Source: a virus. From it: a DNA stretch of 64,000 nucleotides. The first letter of the stretch is position 1. Every line of letters begins with the position of its first letter. Shown here one piece after another: positions 1 to 10,088 of the stretch. The notes under the pieces are model-generated. The model ran no database searches. It was not told where the DNA came from and was given only the letters and a program-made list of their open reading frames with translations. A program made the translations under genes and the position numbers. Location: IMG/VR virus record IMGVR_UViG_3300033233_000019, positions 34,913-98,912 of that record, one strand, 5' to 3'.

Positions 1-1
1 T

Positions 2-73
2 AGACTTGGCTCGTTTGAAAACAATTTAGACTGGCTTAGAGCCGCCCTAGACTACTTGGGAGTTAGTCTCTAA
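2..73 (+). CDS. 3' end of an EndoVII-like HNH endonuclease (partial)
   Basis: Frame 2 reads RLGSFENNLDWLRAALDYLGVSL*, matching the LG..E/D....L..A..YL C-terminus of the other EndoVII ORFs; its TAA overlaps the next ATG. Confidence 0.6.
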   Translation, partial: RLGSFENNLDWLRAALDYLGVSL

Positions 74-1503
74 TGACTACCACAAATTATACTCTTGTAG
101 TTACTTCGTGCGAAAGACCTGAACTTCTTAAGCAAACTTTATTATCGTTTGCAATGTATGCCGACATAGAGCCGATTGATACCGTTGTCATTGAAGATGG
201 CAATTCGGACGCTCCAGCTTGGTTCGAGAATATTCAAGGGCTTGGCAAACTTAGATGGCTAAAGAACGGTGTTCGTCGAGGGCAGACCTATTCTATCGAT
301 AGAGTTTATTCGGAAGTTAAGACCGAATATCTTTTCCATTCAGAAGAAGATTGGTTGTACACCCGCACAGGATTTATCAAAGAGAGTCTTGATATCTTGG
401 CAAAATACTCAGATATCTCTATGGTTGGCATTAGAGGAAAATCCGAACATCCCGAATTTTTTGACGCAGAGCGCGGGTTCAATATTCGGCAGAAAGATTG
501 GAATGGATGGGGCGGTATTTCTTGGAATCCCGGCCTTCGCCGTTTGGAAGATTACAATCGAATCGGAAAGTTTGGCAATCATGTCGATTACGACCTGACA
601 TGCCATGAGCATAAGATTAGTACAATTTACCGCTCGTTAGGATTCTTCATGGCGAGTCTCCCGGTTGCCTGCAAGCACATCGGAGCAGATCACAAAGTTT
701 GGAGTCGAGCAGTTGTATTACCCAAAATTCTGGTAACTATACCCGCTTGTCACCAATACTATGTCGGTAATTTGGCACATGAAAATTACGACAAGCATCA
801 AAACACTTTTGTCGGCGATCAGATTTTGGCGTGTCGTGAAACGTGGCTTAAGGATTCAAAATTAGACTACAAGTTTTTCTATGGGCAGGGCGCTGATCGT
901 GAACCGGGCGAAGATGAAGTTTTTCTCGATGTACCGGACGATTATCGCAGTCTGACCAAGAAGCTGAAAGCCACTTGTAAATGGGCGCTTGATCACGGAT
1001 ATGAATACATTTTCAAGTGTGACGACGATACTTACGTTTGGGCTGACCGTCTGCGTACAAGCGGGTTTGAACATCACGATTATGTTGGCTACGATTGGGC
1101 TTGCAATTCATCGAACAAACATCATTGTTTTGCTGGTGGATTCGCGTGTTGGTTTAGTGCGAAGGCCGCGAAAGTAATTGCCGATGCACTGGACACAACT
1201 GAACCTGCGGACGATGTTTGGGCTGGTCACATGCTGCGGGATGCAGGAATAAAGCTCGTGCATGATGCCCGGTATCATCCGAACAACGCGAACAAGTTCA
1301 TCAACATTGAAGACGTTCCTTTGCAGCACGCATACATTGCACTTCATGCGTGTGACTCGGAGACGATACGTCAGCTTCACGAAAGAGCGTGGATGTTAAG
1401 TGATTCTCCGGTGAGCAACGCAACAGGGTTTACGGAAGCAGACAGACAGAGTAAAACTTTTGAGCAAGAGCTTGCAGACCTAATGGGAGGGTTACAGGTA
1501 TGA
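73..1503 (+). CDS. Two-domain glycosyltransferase (GT2-like N-terminus + GT31/galactosyltransferase-like C-terminus)
   Basis: VVTSCERPELL..EDG..HSEEDW; then RETW, DDYRSL..K, FKCDDDTYV (DxD), ADDVWAG. Confidence 0.8.
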   Translation: MTTTNYTLVVTSCERPELLKQTLLSFAMYADIEPIDTVVIEDGNSDAPAWFENIQGLGKLRWLKNGVRRGQTYSIDRVYSEVKTEYLFHSEEDWLYTRTGFIKESLDILAKYSDISMVGIRGKSEHPEFFDAERGFNIRQKDWNGWGGISWNPGLRRLEDYNRIGKFGNHVDYDLTCHEHKISTIYRSLGFFMASLPVACKHIGADHKVWSRAVVLPKILVTIPACHQYYVGNLAHENYDKHQNTFVGDQILACRETWLKDSKLDYKFFYGQGADREPGEDEVFLDVPDDYRSLTKKLKATCKWALDHGYEYIFKCDDDTYVWADRLRTSGFEHHDYVGYDWACNSSNKHHCFAGGFACWFSAKAAKVIADALDTTEPADDVWAGHMLRDAGIKLVHDARYHPNNANKFINIEDVPLQHAYIALHACDSETIRQLHERAWMLSDSPVSNATGFTEADRQSKTFEQELADLMGGLQV

Positions 1504-1667
1504 GCGACACAACGGTTGTTACGCAGGAAGAAATAAAAGAGCTAAAAGCTAAAGTCAACAAGAGTATCGAGCAGTTGGTTCGCATGGTCTTGCAAGTAAA
1601 GAAGAGGGTTGACCAATTAGACGAGCGTATAGCCATATTCAACGCTAGGGCGGGTCATAAGCTATGA
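1500..1667 (+). CDS. Hypothetical 55 aa coiled-coil protein
   Basis: ATGA overlap with the upstream stop, GGAGG upstream; MSDTTVVTQEEIKELK... Confidence 0.6.
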   Translation: MSDTTVVTQEEIKELKAKVNKSIEQLVRMVLQVKKRVDQLDERIAIFNARAGHKL

Positions 1668-1713
1668 ATTATTTCTGGCCGAACATGATAGGGGAGTCTC
1701 TTTGGCATAAGAC

Positions 1714-2373
1714 ATGAAAATTCTAATTGCGATAATGGCGTGTTGGCATCGTGAGAATTACGCGGACGCACAACGAGAGACATGGATACGGGACATTCCG
1801 GCAGGAGTAGATTACAGATTTTTTTTCGGACCTAACGACAAACGTTTACCGAAAGCCGATGAGGTTTTTGTAACTTGCAAAGACGACTACCGCAGCCTTC
1901 CTTTGAAGGTAAAAGAAGCAATGCAGTGGGCCTATGAACAAGGCTATGATTACGTATTCAAAACCGACGACGATGTTTATGTACGTCCTGACAGATTAAT
2001 GCTTAGTGGTTTTGAGAAGTACCCATATTCCGGGTTTAGTTTTCAGGAGTATGGTGCAGTAGGTTTGGCGTATTGGTTAGATCGAGACTGCGTGAAGTTA
2101 GCTTCAGACAGCGATCCTTGGCTTGACGCCGAAGATTCTTGGATCAGCCAATTGATGAAAAGGAATGGAGTTCCATTCCGACACGATCCAAGATATAGAC
2201 TGGTTATCGTGGATCGTTTAGGTAGCAAAAACATAATTCAAGGTATGCCGGGATTTGAAAACGACATGATTGCCGTTGCAGAATTTCCCGGTCAAACAAT
2301 GCATGTGCCACATCAGCATTGGAAGGATTCACTTGAGGAATACAACGAGATAATGGAGAGAGTTTTAATCTAG
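1714..2373 (+). CDS. GT31-like glycosyltransferase
   Basis: RETW, DDYRSLPLKV, FKTDDDVYV, EDSW; paralogous to the C-terminal half of 73..1503. Confidence 0.8.
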   Translation: MKILIAIMACWHRENYADAQRETWIRDIPAGVDYRFFFGPNDKRLPKADEVFVTCKDDYRSLPLKVKEAMQWAYEQGYDYVFKTDDDVYVRPDRLMLSGFEKYPYSGFSFQEYGAVGLAYWLDRDCVKLASDSDPWLDAEDSWISQLMKRNGVPFRHDPRYRLVIVDRLGSKNIIQGMPGFENDMIAVAEFPGQTMHVPHQHWKDSLEEYNEIMERVLI

Positions 2374-2381
2374 GAGGATAA

Positions 2382-3380
2382 ATGGTTTTCGAGGGGGAGA
2401 GCGTACTAATTTCAGGTGGAACAGGTTCAGTAGGTAAGACTCTGGTGCGCCGCTTACTAGACAGTACAGGAACACAAGGAACACCACGTAAGATTGTGGT
2501 TCTGTCGCGGGGAGAAGCTGAGCAATATGCGATGCGCGAGTATTACCAGCGCAAAGGTACTGCGGTCAGCAAGTTGGATTTTGTAATAGGCGATGTTCGT
2601 GATTATTCTACGTTAAGTGCTTCTCTGCGCGACGTGGATATTGTCATTCATGCGGCGGCAATGAAACAAGTTCCGGCATGTGAGTATTTCCCATATGAAG
2701 CGGTTCGTACTAACGTCGAAGGCACGGAAAACATCATCAGGGCGATTCAGAACCAAGATTATCCGGTCAAGACAGTTCTTGGCATTTCAACGGATAAGGC
2801 GTGCAAACCGACTTCGTGTTATGGGATGACAAAGGCAATTCAAGAACGCCAATTAGCACATGCAAATATGCGTCATCCCTCCACGAGGTTCATCGGTGTG
2901 CGATATGGCAACGTTCTAGCATCAACTGGATCAGTCATACCACTGTTCAAGGAGCAGATTGAGAAGGGTGGCCCTGTCACCGCAACATGTGAAGAAATGA
3001 CTCGATTTTTTATGAGTCTCGACGACGCAGTGGATATTATTTTTGCAGCAATTAAGGGAGCATTGCCGGGAGAGACATACATCCCTCGTATGCCAGCCTT
3101 ACGGATTTCTGATCTAGCAAAAGCCATGATTGGCAAGAAGAAAACAGAATTGAAGTACACAGGCATTCGACCCGGCGAGAAAATGCACGAGATTTTGATC
3201 AGTGCAGACGAGATTTACCGAACTTCAGATCGCGGCAAGTATTACTCTATTGCCTCAAACCTGCCTGAAATTCAGATGCTACCCGACGAACTTTGTCTCG
3301 ACAAAGAATACAGTTCTTCAGATGTGGTATTGCCGTCGAACGAAGTGATTGGGTTTTTGAAGAAAAACAGCCTTTTATAG
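2382..3380 (+). CDS. UDP-GlcNAc 4,6-dehydratase (PseB/CapD/FnlA-like, Polysacc_synt_2)
   Basis: SGGTGSVG, HAAAMKQVP, STDKAC, YGMTK, VRYGNV, GIRPGEKMHE. Confidence 0.9.
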   Translation: MVFEGESVLISGGTGSVGKTLVRRLLDSTGTQGTPRKIVVLSRGEAEQYAMREYYQRKGTAVSKLDFVIGDVRDYSTLSASLRDVDIVIHAAAMKQVPACEYFPYEAVRTNVEGTENIIRAIQNQDYPVKTVLGISTDKACKPTSCYGMTKAIQERQLAHANMRHPSTRFIGVRYGNVLASTGSVIPLFKEQIEKGGPVTATCEEMTRFFMSLDDAVDIIFAAIKGALPGETYIPRMPALRISDLAKAMIGKKKTELKYTGIRPGEKMHEILISADEIYRTSDRGKYYSIASNLPEIQMLPDELCLDKEYSSSDVVLPSNEVIGFLKKNSLL

Positions 3381-3510
3381 AGTCACGATTCATAACAGAA
3401 TTTTAATAATGTGACGATGGCGTGAAGAGCGCCAATTTCTGATGGACGGGATGCTGCGGTATCCCGCCCACCAACGAAAGATATACACTTGCAAGACGGG
3501 GAGTTGATCA

Positions 3511-3942
3511 ATGGCAAGCAAGGTGAAGGTAAGCAGAAACGCTCTTAACTACTTTCGCAAGCTGGCAAGAAGCACCGACAAAGAAATTGAAGCCTATCTC
3601 ATAGGGGAAGTAGTTTCACCCCAACTTACCGTAATTCATCGTTTTGTATATACGAAGAAATATGAGAAGCAAACTACTGACGAGGTAAAGTGGTTTGATA
3701 AAGAGACAGATGCATTGAAACTAGAAGCGGGAGAGCAGAAGTTAGCAGTTGTAGGAAGTATCCATAGCCATCCGAATTATTGGCCGATTGTTTCGGCAAC
3801 GGATCATATTGCACATGTCACTGATCAAATGAGGATCATGGGAGTTTGTGCGACCATGAAACGCAAGACGATGGTCTGTTTTTGGGTCACCGAAAGCTGT
3901 TTACCCTGCGAAATAATCTACAATGAAAAAGGGAACGACTAA
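3511..3942 (+). CDS. JAB/MPN (JAMM) metallo-isopeptidase-like protein
   Basis: EIEAYLIG ... VGSIHSHP ... S.TD JAMM motif. Confidence 0.8.
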   Translation: MASKVKVSRNALNYFRKLARSTDKEIEAYLIGEVVSPQLTVIHRFVYTKKYEKQTTDEVKWFDKETDALKLEAGEQKLAVVGSIHSHPNYWPIVSATDHIAHVTDQMRIMGVCATMKRKTMVCFWVTESCLPCEIIYNEKGND

Positions 3943-4216
3943 TTTACTAAAGGGTGAGATTCGCAAGGCGCTGAAGAATGAGCGTCTGACTCCGAATCAG
4001 CGTCGTGAGTACATCTGGATGCTGGCCGAACTTGACGGGTATGTTTTCAAGTTCAAGGAAACAAAATCGCCCGAGGAATTGCCGACTGAGGATGAAATAT
4101 TCGCACGAGACTCGCAAAAACGAATCAGGGAATTGCTTGGTGGAGAGGAGACACATGCAAGTACCAATGGTGAGCAGAGCGGAAGCAAAGAGGTTCTCAA
4201 AGGCGTGGAGTCATAA
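3923..4216 (+). CDS. Hypothetical protein
   Basis: Overlapping operon-like packing. Confidence 0.55.
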   Translation: MKKGTTNLLKGEIRKALKNERLTPNQRREYIWMLAELDGYVFKFKETKSPEELPTEDEIFARDSQKRIRELLGGEETHASTNGEQSGSKEVLKGVES

Positions 4217-4358
4217 AGGCGTTGCGCTTGTTATTGATGATCCATTATGCCAGTTCGCAGCAGACTTTGCGAATGTGGTGTTGAAGTCATTCGTACAGAG
4301 CTTCGTGCAGGAGAAAGCCGAAGCCGCAAAGCCAAAAGTCAAGATCGTGGAGGGATAA
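4155..4358 (+). CDS. Hypothetical protein (start re-assigned to ATG 4155)
   Basis: GAGGAG RBS just before ATG 4155. Confidence 0.6.
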   Translation: MQVPMVSRAEAKRFSKAWSHKGVALVIDDPLCQFAADFANVVLKSFVQSFVQEKAEAAKPKVKIVEG

Positions 4359-4359
4359 C

Positions 4360-4518
4360 ATGAACGGGATGCAATATCTACAACACAGTTTTACACTGCC
4401 AGCGGGATCGACCAACATTTCCTCGCAGAAATGGGATTTGGCGTTCATGTCTCGTGAAGAGTTTGTGGCGAAGTACCAAATCTCCAACAAAGAATATGAC
4501 AAGCTTGTGAAAGGGTAA
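4360..4518 (+). CDS. Hypothetical 52 aa protein
   Basis: GGAGG RBS; fills the gap exactly. Confidence 0.55.
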   Translation: MNGMQYLQHSFTLPAGSTNISSQKWDLAFMSREEFVAKYQISNKEYDKLVKG

Positions 4519-4519
4519 C

Positions 4520-5008
4520 ATGGAAGAAGTTTACCCTAAGCTTTGGATTGGCGACGACCAAGATTATCTGAAGATGAAAGACCGGGAAGGTTGGGCATTC
4601 GTAAGAGCGTGCAAAGAAGGGCCGGGCGGTCACCGTTCTATGGTGGGCTACACGACTCGTGGCGCTCCGAAAGGTCCGAACTATTACGCGGCGTGGAAAG
4701 ACAATCATATCGCGCTGAACCTGATCGACTCCGATGATCCGTCACATATCCATGATGAGTCAATTCTTCCTGCTCTTGAATTTATCAAGAAATTCTTGAG
4801 CGAAGGCAACAATGTTTTGGTTGCGTGCAACAAAGGCCACAGTCGAGGCCCAAGCATCACAATGATGTTCTTGGGAATGATTCACGATCTGCCCTCAAAC
4901 TTCAGAGAGGCATTCCGGGTCTTCAAGATTTTGTATCCGAAGTACGATCCGGCACAGGGAATTGAGTTCTACGTGAAGCATAAATACGCTTCTCTGACAA
5001 AGGAATAA
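4520..5008 (+). CDS. Dual-specificity/tyrosine phosphatase-like protein
   Basis: EVYPKLWIG N-terminus, VLVACNKGHSRG = CX5R. Confidence 0.8.
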   Translation: MEEVYPKLWIGDDQDYLKMKDREGWAFVRACKEGPGGHRSMVGYTTRGAPKGPNYYAAWKDNHIALNLIDSDDPSHIHDESILPALEFIKKFLSEGNNVLVACNKGHSRGPSITMMFLGMIHDLPSNFREAFRVFKILYPKYDPAQGIEFYVKHKYASLTKE

Positions 5009-5009
5009 C

Positions 5010-5555
5010 ATGGCAGATGATACCAGAGTTTCGGAAGAGCAGAAAGCGCAGTTGTCCAAACGGCGCGGACAGGCGGCGGCACAGATCGTCGATCCTGAAG
5101 AGCGCAGAAAGTTCATTTCGGCGCAGGGAGACGCGGAAGCGGCCAACAAGGGCGAACTTCCCGTTGCGAAGGCAAAGAAAATGAGTGAAGAGTCTGGACT
5201 GATGGGCTACAAGAAAGGCACACCTTATGTGCCGAAGACTGGTGCAGCAATTGTTCACAAAGGTGAGCGCGTTGTACCCGCCGAAAAGAATAACCCGATG
5301 GGCCTTGCGGAAGCAGCTTTGGGTCACCAAGATCGTGAACCAGCAGATAAGCCAGCAAAGCGCATCAAAGAAATTCGTACTCGTAAGACTAAAAACGGCG
5401 CTTTCATACATGAACACCATCACACACGACCGGACGTGCATCCTATGGAAGAGCACGCATCGGCGGATCAGGAAGCCATGCTTTCTCATATGGGATCACA
5501 GGCACCTAATATGGGTGAGTCTGAACCTGCACAAGCGGAAGGCGCAAGCGAGTAA
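5010..5555 (+). CDS. Hypothetical protein with GTPYVP..G.A.VH.GE.V.P motif and His-rich segment
   Basis: AAGGA RBS; motif seen in translation. Confidence 0.65.
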   Translation: MADDTRVSEEQKAQLSKRRGQAAAQIVDPEERRKFISAQGDAEAANKGELPVAKAKKMSEESGLMGYKKGTPYVPKTGAAIVHKGERVVPAEKNNPMGLAEAALGHQDREPADKPAKRIKEIRTRKTKNGAFIHEHHHTRPDVHPMEEHASADQEAMLSHMGSQAPNMGESEPAQAEGASE

Positions 5556-5557
5556 AC

Positions 5558-7525
5558 ATGAAATACGCGAAACTCTTGGAGAACGAGTCCGACGCATTAA
5601 CCCTCAATCCGAATTGGCAGCATGTTGGTAAGACCAAACCGGATTTGATGGCAAACGCGAAGGCAAGCTTCAAGAGATTGACAGCACCAGATCAGACATT
5701 GGTCGATGCGTCATGGACAAAGTATTGTCTTGCTGAAAAGATTGCGTACAATCTGGAAGATGCAGTTTGGTTTCGTTATCTAGCGCAGACAAATTTGTTC
5801 TTTCTCTGCAACTTGCTTGAGAAGTACCAGCACATTACGTTTGACGCGCACGAAGAAATTTGCAACAAGTTTTTCGTCCGCAAAGACCCGACGTTCGCAA
5901 CGTTCCGCGACTTCGCATCTGCATACGTCGAATTGAAAGAACGGTTGCTGCTCGTACCTCGTGGCGGCTTCAAGTCGTCGATTGACATTGCAGACTGTAT
6001 CCAGTACATCATCAATTATCCAGAAGTAACCATCTTGATTATGACTGGTGTGTACAAACTGGCGCAAGACTTCGTGGGTGAATTGCGTGGACACTTTGAG
6101 AAGGCAGTAGCCAGCGTAGATTCAAAAGACAAGAAAACCTATGGTCACCGGATCATGGATGATGGCACCGTCAGTTTGTTTCAGGTATTGTTTCCTGAGC
6201 ACTGCGTGATCCCCACTGAGGGGAGCAGCCTTGAGTTTCAAACGCCAGCCTGTAAGGTTCCTGACAAGGAGCCAACAGTCATGGCGGCATCTATTGAGCA
6301 GTCATTGTCAGGTTGGCACTTTTGTATTGTGAAAGCCGACGACGTTGTGACTAACGAAAACTCGCAGACAATCACTCGTTTGCAGACAGTAGAACGTCAG
6401 TTGAGTATCAACAAAGCTATGTTGCACCCGTTCGGTTTTTTTGACAAGATTGGAACGTGGTACGACGAAGCAGACATTTACGGCATCGATATTAAGCGTG
6501 CCGAAGACCTTATCAAAGAGAACTTGCAACCTGACACTATCATCTACTTGAAGGCGTGTTGGGAACCGACAGAACAAGCAAAGAAGCTTGGTAAGATCGA
6601 AGAAGAAATGGTCGAAGCCGATTGGAAGCTTTGGTTTCCAAAGGATCGCAGTGGTATCCAACGTTTGTCTTACAAATTTCTGATGGCAGAAAAGCGTAAG
6701 AACGTTGAAATGTTCGCAATTAAGTATCTCAACGATCCACGCAAGGTTCATCAGGTCAAGTTCCCGCATGAACTTCTGATGCGTAGAACGATCCCTGCTT
6801 CGCAGCTTCCCCATACCGGGATGATTGTGCAGACATGGGATACAGCGTATTCATTGCAGAGTTGGGCCGACTACACGGTTGGCGTTACTGCGTTGATCTA
6901 TGCTGGCAGGTTCTACATTATCGATTGCGTGCGCGGCAGGTTCAATGATATTGAACTTCCACGCATTATCGCAACGACTGGCTACAAGTGGAAGCCGAAA
7001 AGAATTGCAGTTGAGGAATCAGTAGGAGTCAAGTGGATGAATCGAGAGATTCGCCGCGAAATGGACAAGCTGAACATCAGCATTCCTATTGAGTATGTTC
7101 CTCTTGGGGTAGGTAACAAGACTCGCGCCAAGGAAATGAAGGCAAAACCAGTTCTTAGGTTACTTGGCGACGAACGGTTGTTTTTCAGCAAGTCGTCCGC
7201 GTCATTAGAGGAAATGTTCACTGAACTGGAAGGTTTCCCGAACAAGACGCACGACGATGTTGTGTCGGCGCTGTCAATTCTGGTAGAACAGTTTGGCGCA
7301 TACGCTGACATGGAAGCGCGGGTAAATTTTGCAGCTTCCGATTTCACAGCCGATCAAAAGTCTAAGGCGCAGCACGAGCGTATGTACTGCGATGGTGCTT
7401 ACTCAAAGTACAACCAGAATTTCGCTCTGACTGAGGACAACATGATGGACATATCCTCACGACAGGAAATTCCTCAAGCACCTGACCCGATGGACGTGAA
7501 TCCATTGGCCGATCTAGGAATATAA
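5558..7525 (+). CDS. terL: Terminase large subunit
   Basis: Walker A-like VPRGGFKSS, Walker B KADDVV, nuclease motifs WDTAY, DYTVG, AVEE, HDDVVSALS. Confidence 0.9.
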   Translation: MKYAKLLENESDALTLNPNWQHVGKTKPDLMANAKASFKRLTAPDQTLVDASWTKYCLAEKIAYNLEDAVWFRYLAQTNLFFLCNLLEKYQHITFDAHEEICNKFFVRKDPTFATFRDFASAYVELKERLLLVPRGGFKSSIDIADCIQYIINYPEVTILIMTGVYKLAQDFVGELRGHFEKAVASVDSKDKKTYGHRIMDDGTVSLFQVLFPEHCVIPTEGSSLEFQTPACKVPDKEPTVMAASIEQSLSGWHFCIVKADDVVTNENSQTITRLQTVERQLSINKAMLHPFGFFDKIGTWYDEADIYGIDIKRAEDLIKENLQPDTIIYLKACWEPTEQAKKLGKIEEEMVEADWKLWFPKDRSGIQRLSYKFLMAEKRKNVEMFAIKYLNDPRKVHQVKFPHELLMRRTIPASQLPHTGMIVQTWDTAYSLQSWADYTVGVTALIYAGRFYIIDCVRGRFNDIELPRIIATTGYKWKPKRIAVEESVGVKWMNREIRREMDKLNISIPIEYVPLGVGNKTRAKEMKAKPVLRLLGDERLFFSKSSASLEEMFTELEGFPNKTHDDVVSALSILVEQFGAYADMEARVNFAASDFTADQKSKAQHERMYCDGAYSKYNQNFALTEDNMMDISSRQEIPQAPDPMDVNPLADLGI

Positions 7526-7534
7526 GGATACCCA

Positions 7535-9658
7535 ATGGCAGACGAACAAAGATTGGAAAAAGACGGTAATCCAAACGCCCAACTTGGTGCTGAAGATTAC
7601 ACATCGACGGGCGAAATCAAGACACTATCTGGTGATTTGGCACTCGTGGTTGGGTCAGCGCAAAGTGCAGAACAATTCATTGCGAATAAGCAGTGGCATT
7701 TGCTCTGGCGTGATGCGGATTTGCTGTATCAAGCGCCACGTCCAATGTCTGTGTATGAGAACACATACATTCTGGAACCTAACGTTCAGCGATTCACCGT
7801 CGCTAAAGTGTGCAACGCAGTTGTACCGCAGTTGTACAAAGGTCTTTTCTACGATGATCCTCCGATGGTTCTGCGCCCACGCGCAGGTACACGTCAGGAA
7901 ATCGTTGACGCAAACTCAACTCTGTTCTCCTATATGTTGGACGCTTGCAATTTCAAGCGCGAAACCAAGTGGGGTCTGGAACAGATGGCTCATCTTGGAA
8001 CATCGATTTGGAAGTGGGGTCTAAAGTACGAGAAGGTATTGGTTCAGAAGCGCACGGCGACACGCATCAACATCACACAAGGTTCCGCAGAGTCGGAAAC
8101 TTCGGAAGTAGTTGTGTCTGACGATCTGCCTAACATCACCACTACCGAAAAGATCGTTCCTCGTCCGTTCTTTGAGTACCGGGAAATCTCCCGCGTGTTG
8201 CTTGATAGTCATACCGAAGTCGGTGATATCCGTGAAGCTAAGTGGGTATGCGATGTTCGATACATGGACTTCTATGACATGCAGGACTTGCAAGAGTCCA
8301 TGACTGACAAAGACGGAAAACTGACCGAAGACGGTTGGGATTTTCCAAAGGACATGAAGGATTTGTGGTGTGAGCCTAGCGGCGGTGCATCCGAAGCGCC
8401 AGCAGTACGCGCCTCTGAGCAGCAGTCTATGGTTCGTGGCGTAGTTCATCACGCCGAAGACGTAAATGTGAAGAATAGTCCCGATCCGCTTCGCAAGAAG
8501 CTGGAAGTTTTGGAATATTGGGACAAGAAACGAAAAATTCTCGTGTTGGGTCGCAAGAAAGTGATCTACACAGGGAAAAATCCGTTCAACCAGATTCCAT
8601 TTCTCAGCGCAAACTGGTGGAATCGACGTAAAGCATTTTATGGCATGGGTCTTGGCCTGATCGTGGGTCAAAATCAGCGCGTTGATCAAGGAACAATCAA
8701 TGCAATTCTGAAAATCCTCAGTTTCGGCATCAATCCGATCTATCTGCGTAAGCGCGACAGCAATTCGCCCACACAGATGATCAGAACTGGTCTAGGAAAG
8801 ATTCTGACCGTCGATGGCGAAGTCGAAAAGGCTTACAAGCTGATGGATACTCCGAAAGTACCGAACGAAGTTTGGTCGGCACTTCAGGAATCAGAACGCG
8901 CAACAGAATCTTCTTCTGGTGCAGATCAGATGCTTGTGCAGGGCAGCACCGCTGGCCCACGTACATCGATGGGGCGTACAGCGGGTGGTGCAAACATCCT
9001 CGCGGGTGCTAGTGCAACTCGTTTGGACGGGCCGCTTGACAATTTCATTGGTCAAGTGTTCACTCCGTTCCTGTACATTCTCGACTTTCTGATTTTCAAC
9101 TACGTGCCAGATAAGGAAATCGTTTCCATTCTTGGTGATGAACTTGGCAAGGAATATGCCAAATCGCTCGACATGCAAGAGTTCCACGATGCCAAGTACG
9201 AGTACGAAGTTCTCGCTGGCGCAAGTCTGGCTGCAAAGCGCACAATGGCACAGTCCATGACGCTGATCACTCAGATTTTCTCGCAGCCGAACATCCAAGA
9301 GAATTTGGCAGACATTAACGAAGAGTACATCGACTTCAAGCCAATCTTGAGTATGTGGATGGAAGCTTCGGAGTGGAAGAACAAGCAGGATATCATCAAG
9401 AAAATGACTCCTGCAATGAAACAGAAACGCGCAGCAGCACAGCAAGCGGCGCAGCAGCAAACCAAGGCAGCTATTCAGCAGCAGACTGATCAGCAAAAAT
9501 TCCAGCAGAAACAGCAGTTGGAAGATCAGGCAACTGAGGGCCGAATCAAGCGTGACTTGGTGAGAGAAGCTTTCCGCAAAACGTCAGGCAGTCAAGCTTC
9601 AGAGGGAGTTTCCAATCCTAAAGGTCTAGGCGGCGAAGAGACACCGTTTGGTGCATAA
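7535..9658 (+). CDS. Portal protein
   Basis: Follows terL; 707 aa; FYGMGL motif, Q-rich helical C-terminus like P22/T7-type portals. Confidence 0.8.
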   Translation: MADEQRLEKDGNPNAQLGAEDYTSTGEIKTLSGDLALVVGSAQSAEQFIANKQWHLLWRDADLLYQAPRPMSVYENTYILEPNVQRFTVAKVCNAVVPQLYKGLFYDDPPMVLRPRAGTRQEIVDANSTLFSYMLDACNFKRETKWGLEQMAHLGTSIWKWGLKYEKVLVQKRTATRINITQGSAESETSEVVVSDDLPNITTTEKIVPRPFFEYREISRVLLDSHTEVGDIREAKWVCDVRYMDFYDMQDLQESMTDKDGKLTEDGWDFPKDMKDLWCEPSGGASEAPAVRASEQQSMVRGVVHHAEDVNVKNSPDPLRKKLEVLEYWDKKRKILVLGRKKVIYTGKNPFNQIPFLSANWWNRRKAFYGMGLGLIVGQNQRVDQGTINAILKILSFGINPIYLRKRDSNSPTQMIRTGLGKILTVDGEVEKAYKLMDTPKVPNEVWSALQESERATESSSGADQMLVQGSTAGPRTSMGRTAGGANILAGASATRLDGPLDNFIGQVFTPFLYILDFLIFNYVPDKEIVSILGDELGKEYAKSLDMQEFHDAKYEYEVLAGASLAAKRTMAQSMTLITQIFSQPNIQENLADINEEYIDFKPILSMWMEASEWKNKQDIIKKMTPAMKQKRAAAQQAAQQQTKAAIQQQTDQQKFQQKQQLEDQATEGRIKRDLVREAFRKTSGSQASEGVSNPKGLGGEETPFGA

Positions 9659-9667
9659 TGGAGGATT

Positions 9668-10027
9668 ATGAATATCGAACCGGATGTTGAACTAACAGGG
9701 ATCGAGAGAGCGCACTTGTCAGTGTGGCTGTCTGATCCAAGCTTCAAAATCGTGCAGAAACTTTTGGAAGATGAGGTTAAGAAATTCAACATTAGCCTCA
9801 TCAATGCTACTACCCCGGAAGAAGTTGTGGTTCGTCACAGCTATGCTAAGGTAGCGGCGCAGATTTATTTGGGGCTGATCAACCGGATACAAACTGAAGT
9901 GGAGTTTTACACAAAGTCTCCGAAACCTTCAGACAAGCCAGTTGACCCGACAGAAGAATCGTTGGATTTGGGCGACCTTGCAGAAGCAATGGCCGATGTA
10001 CCAAATCTGATGGAAATTGAGCCGTAA
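9668..10027 (+). CDS. Hypothetical head-module protein
   Basis: GGAGG RBS; lies between portal and scaffold. Confidence 0.7.
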   Translation: MNIEPDVELTGIERAHLSVWLSDPSFKIVQKLLEDEVKKFNISLINATTPEEVVVRHSYAKVAAQIYLGLINRIQTEVEFYTKSPKPSDKPVDPTEESLDLGDLAEAMADVPNLMEIEP

Positions 10028-10088
10028 GCGGAACGTCCGCTATAGAAATCGTAGAGCGTAACAAACGCGCTATAAATGTGGAGTAATT
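10028..10088 (+). promoter_or_regulatory. Tandem hairpin + ATA(G/T)AAAT element, copy 1
   Basis: gcgg-aacgt-ccgc-tatagaaat ... gcgt-aacaa-acgc-gctataaatgtggagtaat; repeated at 13925. Confidence 0.6.
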
